IMG/VR virus record: IMGVR_UViG_3300027744_001006 | Coordinates: 1-40,117 of that record | Length of the DNA stretch: 40,117 nucleotides | From: a virus | Taxonomy: Duplodnaviria > Caudoviricetes | Direction: 5' to 3' (one strand) | Part shown: one piece after another, positions 8,814 to 17,759 of the stretch | Layout: every line of letters begins with the position of its first letter | Position numbering within the stretch: the stretch's first letter is position 1 | The notes under the pieces: model-generated | Databases searched by the model: none | Seen by the model: only the letters and a program-made list of their open reading frames with translations | Told to the model about the DNA's origin: nothing | Program-made: the position numbers and the translations under genes

Positions 8814-9004
8814 CCATGTCCAAATCGCTTGATTTCATGTAGGTCGCCATTTTCATCTTCTTGATACACAATGGCTTCCATAGCACCTAATCCAAGATTA
8901 GCGTCTGCTATTTCCAATGCTTCTTTCTTACTGCTAGTGGTTTCTACCAGTTCTTCGTGACCGGCTTCGTCCACTGCCCAAACTTCATAAAGTTCAAAGT
9001 TCAT
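8810..9004 (-). CDS. hypothetical acidic protein
   Basis: 64 aa, AGGAG upstream. Confidence 0.65.
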   Translation of the reverse strand: MNFELYEVWAVDEAGHEELVETTSSKKEALEIADANLGLGAMEAIVYQEDENGDLHEIKRFGHG

Positions 9005-9022
9005 GATACTAACACAATCTCC

Positions 9023-9574
9023 TTAAGTAAATTTTTCCCAATCTCCGCCAGCCACTACGGCCCAACCAAGACTCTGGAGATCATTCCGGATCTCGTCGGT
9101 AATGCAACCTTCCGGTACATATCCTTTAACATGATCAGGATCACCATTGCCTAATCCTTCACCCATGCCCGAACAGTACCAATCTATATAGTCGCCCTTT
9201 TCCTGCATGTCAGCGACAATGCCGCCAGCACTTCTCCACGAGGCACTCCAGAAATCTCTTTTCGGATCTTGTCTAAGAATAGGCACAACTTCTAATTTGA
9301 TAAAGTCATTGTTGCATATAGCCGCATAAAGATTTTGAGCATAACCATCACTGGCCTTGGCCTTGTCACAGATCCATGCGGTACTACGAAGATCATATTG
9401 CATGTTATTCTTTTGCCACAGTGGATCTATGAGATTTGCGGCATCTTGTTCACGCCAAGTTTTGAACATTTCGATATATTCTTCAAGGGGTTCTAATCCT
9501 TGCTCTTCTTGGCGCTTGATATATCCTTCCTTTTGAAAGGTATGCCGTTCAGGACTGCTTGAAATTTTTGACAT
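9023..9574 (-). CDS. hypothetical protein
   Basis: 183 aa, in co-directional run; NLYAAICNN, SWRSAGGIVA, DYIDWYCSG segments. Confidence 0.75.
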   Translation of the reverse strand: MSKISSSPERHTFQKEGYIKRQEEQGLEPLEEYIEMFKTWREQDAANLIDPLWQKNNMQYDLRSTAWICDKAKASDGYAQNLYAAICNNDFIKLEVVPILRQDPKRDFWSASWRSAGGIVADMQEKGDYIDWYCSGMGEGLGNGDPDHVKGYVPEGCITDEIRNDLQSLGWAVVAGGDWEKFT

Positions 9575-9914
9575 CTTGTATTGCTTTCTTTAGTGTTTCT
9601 GCATAGTTCAAAGCCTGTTGTTCAGTCATACTAATATTGGCTTCGTACTCGACGTATCCCTTGGTAAGCAGAATCCAAATAGTCTGCCAACGATTTAGAC
9701 GCCACCATTGAGACTTCTGTGTGGTATACGTGGTAACAGTTACCCGATGGTCGTCTGCTTCAACCCAAACATTGTGATCGTGATTGGCGTCGTGACATTC
9801 ACAGGTTACCTGATAGGTGATTGCATCGCCCCAACTATTGCGTTTAAGGACACCTTCTGCAGGAACCTGCGGTTCGAGTTCAGTCGAAGGTTTTGACATC
9901 ATTTCTTCTTTCAT
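9549..9914 (-). CDS. hypothetical protein
   Basis: about 120 aa, CEC..H motif; exact start uncertain (9914/9902/9899). Confidence 0.65.
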   Translation of the reverse strand: MKEEMMSKPSTELEPQVPAEGVLKRNSWGDAITYQVTCECHDANHDHNVWVEADDHRVTVTTYTTQKSQWWRLNRWQTIWILLTKGYVEYEANISMTEQQALNYAETLKKAIQDVKNFKQS

Positions 9915-10101
9915 ATATGCTTTTTACCATGCGTTGATAATCTTCTTCTGACAACACAGTTCTATACATGCTGAGGGCCTGAGTGACCATGATACCAGCT
10001 ATTTCTATATCTTGATAGTCTTCCAACATCACAGAAGTAAACTGTAGATATTTGGCATACAAATCTTCAATACAGTGTTCGTGTTGATCTGATATGCTCA
10101 T
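9880..10101 (-). CDS. hypothetical protein
   Basis: 73 aa from MSISD, directly after upstream stop. Confidence 0.6.
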   Translation of the reverse strand: MSISDQHEHCIEDLYAKYLQFTSVMLEDYQDIEIAGIMVTQALSMYRTVLSEEDYQRMVKSIYERRNDVKTFD

Positions 10102-10102
10102 A

Positions 10103-10951
10103 TCATGTCCAGAGACTGTCACGAGCTTTGATCAGCCGGATCATCATGGCTTCATCTTCTTTCTCGTAGGCTGCTTCAATCTTGCTCAACAGTTTATGAG
10201 CCTTGTCGCTGGCTTTCTTGTCTTCAGCATCCTTGCTGTTTAGACTAGAGAAGAAACTACCAGGATACTTTACTCGCATGGCTTCACAGTGAGCAGTCCA
10301 ACCACTGGCATCATATGGGTCAGGACGAGCGCGATAAGTCACAGTCCACCAGATGTAAAGCTCTTTAAGTTCTTTGGCTCGTTCTGCTTGTCCAGTTGGC
10401 TTGCCAAAGTTAGGACTGTCTTTTTCAACACCCATATTGTTATCCATAACCAAGGTCATTGCCCAGTCAAGATGATCGATGCCAGCTTGCGGACAACGCC
10501 AAGTTCTCCAACGCCACCAACCACTGGCCCAGAATGGAGGATTGTATTTGGCACGGTCTTCTTTACTGCCCCAGGCGATGTGCGACCATGCAGATTCTAC
10601 TTCAACAAAGTCTTGTAGTTCGTTAAACAAGCATGGTAGAAACCTGTTACCAACATCCCGCCACTGCCCGGGTTTGATGTCCCTAGGGTGAGCAGTAAGA
10701 CTATGAGTGCGACTTACCCAACGGTTATTGATATAGTACTTAACACTATATAAACTCCTTACAGGCCAAGTGACAAAATCTTGGATATGTCCAAGTGCTT
10801 CTTCAGCTAACCAGTATCGAAAATTGTGCTTCATCTGAGCCGCAGTGGTCCAGTTGTCCCATTCTTCGCTGGTACCCGCACTGAGTTTCTTAGTGCCGCG
10901 AAGCCAATCTGCAAAGGGAGTGCATGACCAATAGTTTGAATGTTGTGCCAT
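10103..10951 (-). CDS. hypothetical Trp-rich protein
   Basis: 282 aa, consensus sigma70 promoter upstream. Confidence 0.8.
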   Translation of the reverse strand: MAQHSNYWSCTPFADWLRGTKKLSAGTSEEWDNWTTAAQMKHNFRYWLAEEALGHIQDFVTWPVRSLYSVKYYINNRWVSRTHSLTAHPRDIKPGQWRDVGNRFLPCLFNELQDFVEVESAWSHIAWGSKEDRAKYNPPFWASGWWRWRTWRCPQAGIDHLDWAMTLVMDNNMGVEKDSPNFGKPTGQAERAKELKELYIWWTVTYRARPDPYDASGWTAHCEAMRVKYPGSFFSSLNSKDAEDKKASDKAHKLLSKIEAAYEKEDEAMMIRLIKARDSLWT

Positions 10952-10981
10952 AATAATATGTTTTCTCTGTTGAACAACTTA

Positions 10982-11010
10982 ATTATACTATCTTTTAGAT
11001 AACATGTCAA
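10982..11010 (-). promoter_or_regulatory. consensus sigma70 promoter
   Basis: TTGACA-17nt-TATAAT. Confidence 0.88.
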
Positions 11011-11012
11011 GA

Positions 11013-11034
11013 TGAATCGTTTTTGAATCGTTTT
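11013..11034. repeat. 11-bp tandem direct repeat just upstream of a -35 box
   Basis: tgaatcgtttt x2 (11013-11023, 11024-11034). Confidence 0.7.
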
Positions 11035-11386
11035 ATTTTAAAAGATGTTGCGCCAAAACCATACAGCTAATCCATGCCCAAATTGTATTGAATCCTACAA
11101 GGGTTGGTAATAGTTTCTTTTCACTAGCCCAAATAAGTGTTAGACTTGTTGCCAAGGTAAAGAAATATAACCACCAAATGCTTGTACCAAATATCAAGCC
11201 AGGAACAATGATACAGGCCTTTGCCGCCCAACTGGCAAACTCTACAGTATTGTAGTCAGTCCAGTATTCCTTTGTAAACCACATGCCATAGCATTCTTTC
11301 ATCTTAGCAAATCCTATATGGCCATATACTGCCCCACATAACACTAAGAATGCCAGACACGCTGATACTATTTGTATTTCGTTCAT
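11033..11386 (-). CDS. hypothetical membrane protein
   Basis: 117 aa, several hydrophobic segments. Confidence 0.7.
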   Translation of the reverse strand: MNEIQIVSACLAFLVLCGAVYGHIGFAKMKECYGMWFTKEYWTDYNTVEFASWAAKACIIVPGLIFGTSIWWLYFFTLATSLTLIWASEKKLLPTLVGFNTIWAWISCMVLAQHLLK

Positions 11387-11763
11387 ATTTTCCTTTGATA
11401 TCCTGCCAAATTAAGCATGATCGAATATTGTTCGTAGGCTTTTTGGACAGCTGAATTGGTGTGACGGTGGTGTGCTTCTTCACGCTCTTTGTCCATCAGC
11501 ATTTGAAACATGTCAATGGGTTTACCGCGATGATTAATATAGTTAAAAAACTTGCGTTCCATTTCAACTAGAGTTCGTAGCCTGCCTTCGGGTATTTCTA
11601 CTGTGTAGACCTGTTCGGTTTCGTACTCGACTACATCGTGGCGAATGATATCAGCACGACTGGGGTCTGTGAAAAACTTTGCAGGGTGATACCGTGCCCT
11701 ACGTTTGGAATCGTTGAGCACACGGACCTCATAGTTTTCGCAGAATTTGTTAAGTTCATCCAT
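11383..11763 (-). CDS. hypothetical protein
   Basis: 126 aa, overlaps neighbours in operon fashion. Confidence 0.7.
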   Translation of the reverse strand: MDELNKFCENYEVRVLNDSKRRARYHPAKFFTDPSRADIIRHDVVEYETEQVYTVEIPEGRLRTLVEMERKFFNYINHRGKPIDMFQMLMDKEREEAHHRHTNSAVQKAYEQYSIMLNLAGYQRKI

Positions 11764-12427
11764 TTTGTACTAGGCTTTCGCTCATAGGGAATATTGTTGA
11801 AATAACTTTGGCACATGCCACAGCCACTTCTTGATGCTCTTTTTGTGTACCATTCGCTGAACGCAGTTCAATGAAGTGTACCCATGAACGTAGCGTACCA
11901 TTCATATATAACCTGCTTTCTGTAAGGCCTTCGGGCAGCACAGCACGGGCTTGCTCTTTTGCTATGCCGTTAGCAATAGCCCACTCGTATTCTCTTTTGG
12001 CTGCATAGATAACTCGTTGTTGAGCTCTGTACCATTCGTTTTGTAACAGTTGATCATCGACTTCGACTGAGTTCTGTCTGTTCTTTGAATCTTGTAACCG
12101 TGCTTCTCTACATACAAACGACAGGTCTTTAGTAGGGTCAGCATATCGCTGACTGAACTCTTGGAAACTGAAACTTCTGTGTCGCAAGATTTGTCGGGCA
12201 ATGTCTCGGGTGGTGGTGATTTCGATACAGGCACTGACCAGTTCGAGTGGGCTCCAGTGTTGGTGCTTGACCAAGTATCTGATGAGTTTTTCGCTTGTGT
12301 CTGTGTTGAGCTGATTGGAGGGATTGCTGACACGGGCGCAATACGCAATGAGTTCCTGCGCATCTGAGAGGCCCAGATCTCTAAATTCATCTGTTGGTTG
12401 TGAATATGATAAAAGACGAACATCCAT
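11756..12427 (-). CDS. thyX: flavin-dependent thymidylate synthase
   Basis: ARVS, HWSPLE, RHRSFSFQEFSQRY signature, EQARAVLP, LRS. Confidence 0.96.
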   Translation of the reverse strand: MDVRLLSYSQPTDEFRDLGLSDAQELIAYCARVSNPSNQLNTDTSEKLIRYLVKHQHWSPLELVSACIEITTTRDIARQILRHRSFSFQEFSQRYADPTKDLSFVCREARLQDSKNRQNSVEVDDQLLQNEWYRAQQRVIYAAKREYEWAIANGIAKEQARAVLPEGLTESRLYMNGTLRSWVHFIELRSANGTQKEHQEVAVACAKVISTIFPMSESLVQNG

Positions 12428-12431
12428 ATAT

Positions 12432-12962
12432 TTACTCTTCTTCTTTAGGCGGTTCCTGACAGAGTTTCTCCATCAGCTTGTAATGTTCATAGGCTTTTTT
12501 AAGTGCGGCAAACTGTTCTAGTTTCTTAGGATCCGGTACAAGTATGGCCAAGCGTTCTTCCATCTTGTTCATGAACTCTTTGAGACTTTTGCCACCTACT
12601 GTAATATCAGTACCGGAGGCCATCTCGATGCCATTGTTGTTAATATGAACAGTGTTTGGAGTATTAGTATTAAACTGATAACCGCTAGTTCCAGTAGTCC
12701 AGTGACTGTTGTTGCTAATATTGTTGATGGTAGTAATACCACCAACGGTAGCGCCACTGTAGGTAAAGGTATTGCTACTACTCGGTAAAGTGATGGTATT
12801 TGAACTATACATATTACTAGTATCTATAGTGATGGTATCGGCACCATACCCGCTGTAACTGATGTTACTATAGTCAGGAGGAACAGCGCCGTAACCTAGA
12901 TCTATACAGATATCCTGTGCAATGATGCCTACATCGGGATCGTCAAGATCTTGCTTGCTCAT
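12432..12962 (-). CDS. hypothetical protein (Ser/Thr/Asn-rich N-half, helical C-end)
   Basis: 176 aa ORF in co-directional run. Confidence 0.7.
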   Translation of the reverse strand: MSKQDLDDPDVGIIAQDICIDLGYGAVPPDYSNISYSGYGADTITIDTSNMYSSNTITLPSSSNTFTYSGATVGGITTINNISNNSHWTTGTSGYQFNTNTPNTVHINNNGIEMASGTDITVGGKSLKEFMNKMEERLAILVPDPKKLEQFAALKKAYEHYKLMEKLCQEPPKEEE

Positions 12963-12964
12963 GA

Positions 12965-13156
12965 TTAAGCCTTGGCTTCTTTGCGAGTGTTCTTTTCTTC
13001 TGTGATTTCATTGCGTCGAGCTTTGACTCCTCTGGCAACTTCTTGAAGTGCTTTACGAGCACGAGTCCCTGCTGCACCGTTACCTGCTGTGAATTTTGCG
13101 TCCTCGGCCAAGAATGCTTCGAAGTCTGTTTTGAGTTGTTCTACTGTGTTTGACAT
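12965..13156 (-). CDS. histone H1-like (Hc1-family) protein
   Basis: KFTAGNGAAGTRARKAL motif; AAGGA SD. Confidence 0.75.
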   Translation of the reverse strand: MSNTVEQLKTDFEAFLAEDAKFTAGNGAAGTRARKALQEVARGVKARRNEITEEKNTRKEAKA

Positions 13157-13199
13157 ATCTTTTTCCTTTTAGTTATGTAGTTCTACTTATCGTAGTATA

Positions 13200-13306
13200 T
13201 GGTGTGGTCGGTAGGATTCGAACCTACAAAGCGATGTCTAAGACGTTGCCCTTGCCCAAATGCGTTTCACAACGGACCGGAGGTATACCATTCCACTCAC
13301 GACCAC
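13200..13306 (-). tRNA. atypical 107-nt tRNA-like gene, Leu-like body, anticodon not assignable
   Basis: acceptor GTGGTCG/CGACCAC + A + CCA; T-arm GTAGG-TTCGAAT-CCTAC; D-loop GGAATGGTA; oversize central region. Confidence 0.75.
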
Positions 13307-13312
13307 TCATAC

Positions 13313-13341
13313 AGTATATAACCGCAAACGCAAAAGGTCAA
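13313..13341 (-). promoter_or_regulatory. sigma70 promoter of the tRNA-like gene
   Basis: TTGACC-17nt-TATACT, 6 nt before first base of acceptor stem. Confidence 0.8.
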
Positions 13342-13353
13342 GACTTTTGTAGT

Positions 13354-13359
13354 TAAATA
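13354..13359 (+). promoter_or_regulatory. TAAATA late-promoter-like box
   Basis: 10 nt before ATG 13370, first gene of enzyme cluster. Confidence 0.55.
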
Positions 13360-13369
13360 CTGTCAGATC

Positions 13370-14350
13370 ATGACACAAGACTTCACCAAAATACCATTTG
13401 ATGCCATAACAAGATTTGGTCAACGCACCATGTTGCATCGTCCATTGTTTTCTACCAGTTGGATTCTAGGTCGCTTCTGCAATTACAACTGTAGTTACTG
13501 CTGGCCCTATGCTCGCAGTGACCAAATGGATTACCAACCATTTGAAGTCTACACCAACGCCATAGACGAAATCAAAAAACAAGCTCGCCAAAATGGCTTC
13601 AATGAATTCCATTGGAGTTTCAGTGGGGGTGAACCCACAGCCTACAAACAATTTCCGAATTTGGTCAAACACCTAGACGAAACCGAAAGTCCTTACCAAA
13701 GCATACATATGACCACTAATTTGTCGCCAGGATCAAAATGGTGGAACACTTGGTGTGCCAATACTGCGCTGTTACAACGCAGAAGCATCACAGCCAGTTT
13801 TCACGATGAGTTTGCCCGCGAACAAGAGTTTGGTGACAAGTGCCTACAGTTACAATATGAACTAGTACACGTTACTATCAATCAAGTCATGGTTCCGGAA
13901 AAGTTTTTTGATCTATATGAACGTATGGCTCGACTGCATGCTCGAGGAATTAATGTAACACTGAAACCACAAAGTGATCCCACTGCGAGTCGTGTGGTGG
14001 ATGGGTATACTGAGGAAATGATAAGACTATTACAAACTGGGTTTCCTCAAACATCACAAGGTGAAGAAGTTTACCAAATTGCTCTGTACGATCACACAGG
14101 TCAAGAATATCTTTTTGATCAAGCAGAACGATTTAATGCTTTTGGATTCAATAAATTTCAAGGTTGGAGTTGCAATAGTGGTTATCAAAGTGTTATAATA
14201 AGAGGTAATGAGGTAAAGAGAAGTTATAGTTGTCACGACGCACCTTTAGGTACATTAGACAATTTTGAATTGTTTAAGGAACCGCAACGCTGCATCACTC
14301 CTAGCTGTGTGAGTTCGGCAGATAGTAAGATACCAAAATGTATAAATTAG
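13370..14350 (+). CDS. radical SAM protein with C-terminal twitch-like Cys motif
   Basis: CNYNCSYC, SGGEP, TTN; C-terminal C..G...C...C...C. Confidence 0.9.
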   Translation: MTQDFTKIPFDAITRFGQRTMLHRPLFSTSWILGRFCNYNCSYCWPYARSDQMDYQPFEVYTNAIDEIKKQARQNGFNEFHWSFSGGEPTAYKQFPNLVKHLDETESPYQSIHMTTNLSPGSKWWNTWCANTALLQRRSITASFHDEFAREQEFGDKCLQLQYELVHVTINQVMVPEKFFDLYERMARLHARGINVTLKPQSDPTASRVVDGYTEEMIRLLQTGFPQTSQGEEVYQIALYDHTGQEYLFDQAERFNAFGFNKFQGWSCNSGYQSVIIRGNEVKRSYSCHDAPLGTLDNFELFKEPQRCITPSCVSSADSKIPKCIN

Positions 14351-15315
14351 AAGATATCAGAGACATACATCTAGAATTAACCAGCAAGTGTCAAGCACGA
14401 TGCCCTATGTGCCCACGACGAATCAATGGCGGCGTATTAAACCCATTGATGAATCTAAATGAAATAACGCTAGAACAATTTAAAGAGTGGTTTCCAGTCC
14501 AATTTATTCAACAGTTAGACAGTCTGTTTATGTGCGGCAACTTAGGCGACCCTATCATGGCACACGAGTGTTTACAAGTGTTTCAATACTTGAGAGAAAT
14601 CAATCCTAACATACGCATAAGTATGCACACTAACGGTAGTGCTAGAAGCGTTCACTGGTGGAAAGCCCTAGCCAAGTACAAAGTTAAAGTCACATTTGGT
14701 ATAGATGGACTAGAAGACACACACAAATTGTATCGGGTCGGCACCGACTGGCACAAGATTATAAAAAATGCGTGGGCATTTATCCAAGCAGGCGGTGAAG
14801 CTGAATGGCACATGCTAGTCTTTAAGCACAACGAACACCAGATAGAAGAATGTCAAAAAATAAGCAATGACATGAAATTTAAAAAGTTTACAACTAAACA
14901 CACCAGCAGATTTAAAGATGGCAAGTTTAATGTATTAGATGAGTCCGGCAAGACCGTTAATATTTTATATCCTACAGAAGTCAGTACAACACTAACTGCA
15001 AACGTACAGTCGATGGTTCCTTGGGAAATACAATGCAAGGCTCAAAAATACAAACAGATCTACGTTGCGGCGGATGGCACAGTTAGTCCTTGCTGTTGGT
15101 TAGACTTTTCATGGCAGTTAACTAATCAGGACAACAGAATCGATTACATGGATTCCGTGGGCGTATTCCCCAATCTAAATAAAAATACCATGAAAGAGAT
15201 ATTCGATTCGGGGTATTTCAAGACCATAGAAGACTCATGGGCTAGCAAGCCATTAATAGAGTGTAGCAAGCAATGCGGAAAGTTTGATAAGTTAGGAGCT
15301 CAATTTGTTAGTTGA
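14338..15315 (+). CDS. radical SAM protein with SPASM/twitch domain
   Basis: CQARCPMC, GNLGDP, HTNG, GIDG, G.V.PCC, CSKQC. Confidence 0.9.
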   Translation: MYKLEDIRDIHLELTSKCQARCPMCPRRINGGVLNPLMNLNEITLEQFKEWFPVQFIQQLDSLFMCGNLGDPIMAHECLQVFQYLREINPNIRISMHTNGSARSVHWWKALAKYKVKVTFGIDGLEDTHKLYRVGTDWHKIIKNAWAFIQAGGEAEWHMLVFKHNEHQIEECQKISNDMKFKKFTTKHTSRFKDGKFNVLDESGKTVNILYPTEVSTTLTANVQSMVPWEIQCKAQKYKQIYVAADGTVSPCCWLDFSWQLTNQDNRIDYMDSVGVFPNLNKNTMKEIFDSGYFKTIEDSWASKPLIECSKQCGKFDKLGAQFVS

Positions 15316-15901
15316 TACAGAACATTTGCACTATTGGATGCAGGCTATTCGTCAAAGTCCCGATCCTATGCGGACCATGGATGCCTTCTGGAGTGGTCAG
15401 CTAAAGAGCAAAGAATGGTTGATTACAAATCTTCGTAACCATGTAACAAAATTTGTTACTATAGACATCCATGGTGGATGGGTAGGCGTACTGGCCAGTA
15501 TGCTGTTTCAAAGCGATGTTCCGATAATTAACATTCGTAGTATTGATATTGATCCCACCTGCGAACCTATTGCCGTTAACATGAATAAGATTGAAGAAAT
15601 GTCTGGTAGATTTCGTGCAATTACCGCAGACATGTGTGAAATACGAAGTGATGCAGATGTTATCATCAATACCAGCTGTGAGCATATTACACAGGATCAA
15701 TTTGATTCATGGAGAAGCGTAATGCCACATAACAGTCTGTTAGTGTTACAAGGTAATAATTATGATATTTCTGAGCACATTCGCACTGCGGTCTCGTTAG
15801 AAGAATTTAAAACTCAATGTGGTATCGATGTTATATGGGCCGGTGAGTTAGAACTTCCACTCTATACTAGATGGATGGTAATAGGTAAGAAATATGTATG
15901 A
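15305..15901 (+). CDS. class I SAM-dependent methyltransferase-like protein
   Basis: IHGGWVG motif I, SIDID motif II, INTSCEH; TTG start. Confidence 0.7.
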   Translation: MLVDTEHLHYWMQAIRQSPDPMRTMDAFWSGQLKSKEWLITNLRNHVTKFVTIDIHGGWVGVLASMLFQSDVPIINIRSIDIDPTCEPIAVNMNKIEEMSGRFRAITADMCEIRSDADVIINTSCEHITQDQFDSWRSVMPHNSLLVLQGNNYDISEHIRTAVSLEEFKTQCGIDVIWAGELELPLYTRWMVIGKKYV

Positions 15902-17328
15902 ATTTAATGAATAAAGTATTTTGGATGCAGTCCACCGATACCCAAATAGGTAAATGGCAGGAACAAATTAAAGGTGTATCCGGTAGCCCTAGTTTTTGTG
16001 TGTTGCCCTGGATACATCTAGCAACAAGACCCAACGGAGACATGCGTATCTGTTGTGTTGCAAATGCCAGCGGAGCCGACTCTGGAGATTATACAGTTGG
16101 GCTAGTTAAAAAAGAAGATGGGGAGCCGGCAAACTTTGCTAACGATCTTCCCACAAGTGCATTTAACAATGACTATATGAAGTCAGTACGTAAGACTATG
16201 CTAGAGGGAGCGGTTCCTGCTAGTTGCACTAAATGCTTTCAAGAAGAAGCAGAGGGGATTGCCAGTAAGCGTATTTGGGAAACTGGCACCTGGCACCTAA
16301 ATGAAAAGATCGATATTAAAGAACTGATTGCTGAAACAGAACTAGACGGCTCAATTCCATATAAACTACAATACTTAGATTTAAGATTAGGTCATACTTG
16401 TAATTTAAAATGTATTATGTGCAGTCCGCATGATAGCAGTATGTGGGTTGCCGATCATAAAAAGGTGTTTCCTATATTCACTAGCTCATTGATCAAGAAA
16501 CAAATGAGTTGGGAAAGTTCAGACTTCAACAACAAGTGGTATGAGAACCCTGCATTCTGGGCAGAAATTTATGATCAAATACCTAACATTAAACAGTTGT
16601 ACTTTGCAGGTGGCGAACCGTTATTAATTAAAGAGCATAAAGTATTCTTATTAGAAATTATTGCTCGTGGATATGCTGGACAGATTAGTCTACGTTATAA
16701 TACTAATGGCATTCTGGTTAATGATGAGATTATAGAAATATGGAGTCAGTTCCGCAAAGTAAAAGTAGGAGTTAGTCTAGACGGCATTGGACCACGAGGA
16801 GAATACATACGCTATCCATTAGACTGGAAAGAAGTAGAATCCAACCTGGTTAAGTTAGATAATGCACCAGACAACATACAGACCAACATCGCTATGGCAG
16901 TACAGATATTAAACATCAAACATGTTCCAGATTTTATTAAGTGGAAGGTGCGTATGAAATTTAACAAAATAAACTTTGATCTAAATGCAGCAGGCCAAGT
17001 GATGGGTGGTGGACTAGTAGGCGTACATTTATTATGGATACCAACTTGGTTGAGTCTACGTGTACTACCTAAAGAAGATAAACTCGAAGTACGAAAATTA
17101 TTTGCAGAACTACAGCAATGGTTGTGGGACAACTATACACAGGATACAGAATTTTGGGAAGTCAACCCGTACGGCTGGAAACGTTGGGAAGGCATATTAG
17201 ATTGGATGGACAAAGAAGATCATGCTAATCTATTGCCGGATTTTCGAGACTATATTTCTACCATGGACGCACAGCGAGGAACTGATTTTTCTCAGACTTT
17301 TCCAGAATTGAGTCATTTAATAAAATGA
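15898..17328 (+). CDS. radical SAM protein with N-terminal twitch/SPASM-like domain
   Basis: N-terminal CVLPW..G..R.CC..CTKC; CNLKCIMC; FAGGEP; YNTNG; SLDG. Confidence 0.9.
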   Translation: MNLMNKVFWMQSTDTQIGKWQEQIKGVSGSPSFCVLPWIHLATRPNGDMRICCVANASGADSGDYTVGLVKKEDGEPANFANDLPTSAFNNDYMKSVRKTMLEGAVPASCTKCFQEEAEGIASKRIWETGTWHLNEKIDIKELIAETELDGSIPYKLQYLDLRLGHTCNLKCIMCSPHDSSMWVADHKKVFPIFTSSLIKKQMSWESSDFNNKWYENPAFWAEIYDQIPNIKQLYFAGGEPLLIKEHKVFLLEIIARGYAGQISLRYNTNGILVNDEIIEIWSQFRKVKVGVSLDGIGPRGEYIRYPLDWKEVESNLVKLDNAPDNIQTNIAMAVQILNIKHVPDFIKWKVRMKFNKINFDLNAAGQVMGGGLVGVHLLWIPTWLSLRVLPKEDKLEVRKLFAELQQWLWDNYTQDTEFWEVNPYGWKRWEGILDWMDKEDHANLLPDFRDYISTMDAQRGTDFSQTFPELSHLIK

Positions 17329-17759
17329 AATTTTGTCGTATTAATTTAAGCAAAACTAACTATGAGACCATGGTTCAAGAACACCAATGGCAATATGTCA
17401 GCGATCGTCAGTTCTCCGAATTCAACGATATCTACGAAAAATATTGCAGATACAAAAAATTCGATAGCGTCATGCCCATATTTCCAAATCAATACACTGA
17501 TAACTCAGTTGACATTGTGGGATATTTTGATAATGGCCAATTGGTAGCTTGGGATATGATTAAAATACATGATGCTAAAAACGCAGAAGCATTACAGTTT
17601 GCGTGGGACTATATCAATCCGGATCTACGATTGGGCATGGAAAGTCTAAAGAATGCCTGTGCTATCTATAAACACAGAGGCTTCAAATATCTATACCTAG
17701 GCGCCGCAGCAAATTATAAGAAAGAAATTGACGGTTATGAAGAATTAGGCCCTGTCTGA
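17325..17759 (+). CDS. arginyl-tRNA-protein transferase C-terminal-like (GNAT fold) protein
   Basis: YFDNGQLVA, WDY..PDLRLG.ESL, GFKYLYLG...YK resemble ATE_C. Confidence 0.6.
   Translation: MKFCRINLSKTNYETMVQEHQWQYVSDRQFSEFNDIYEKYCRYKKFDSVMPIFPNQYTDNSVDIVGYFDNGQLVAWDMIKIHDAKNAEALQFAWDYINPDLRLGMESLKNACAIYKHRGFKYLYLGAAANYKKEIDGYEELGPV

Noticed and set aside
12429-12434. TAAATA box before thyX
   Set aside because: It lies only 1 nt from the ATG and is formed by the upstream stop codon, so it does not fit the 4-6 nt spacing.
13231-13249. + strand hairpin GCGATGTC-TAA-GACGTTGC as terminator or TAA/TTA anticodon arm
   Set aside because: It is the reverse complement of the variable-arm region of the tRNA-like gene, has a 3-nt loop and no U tract.
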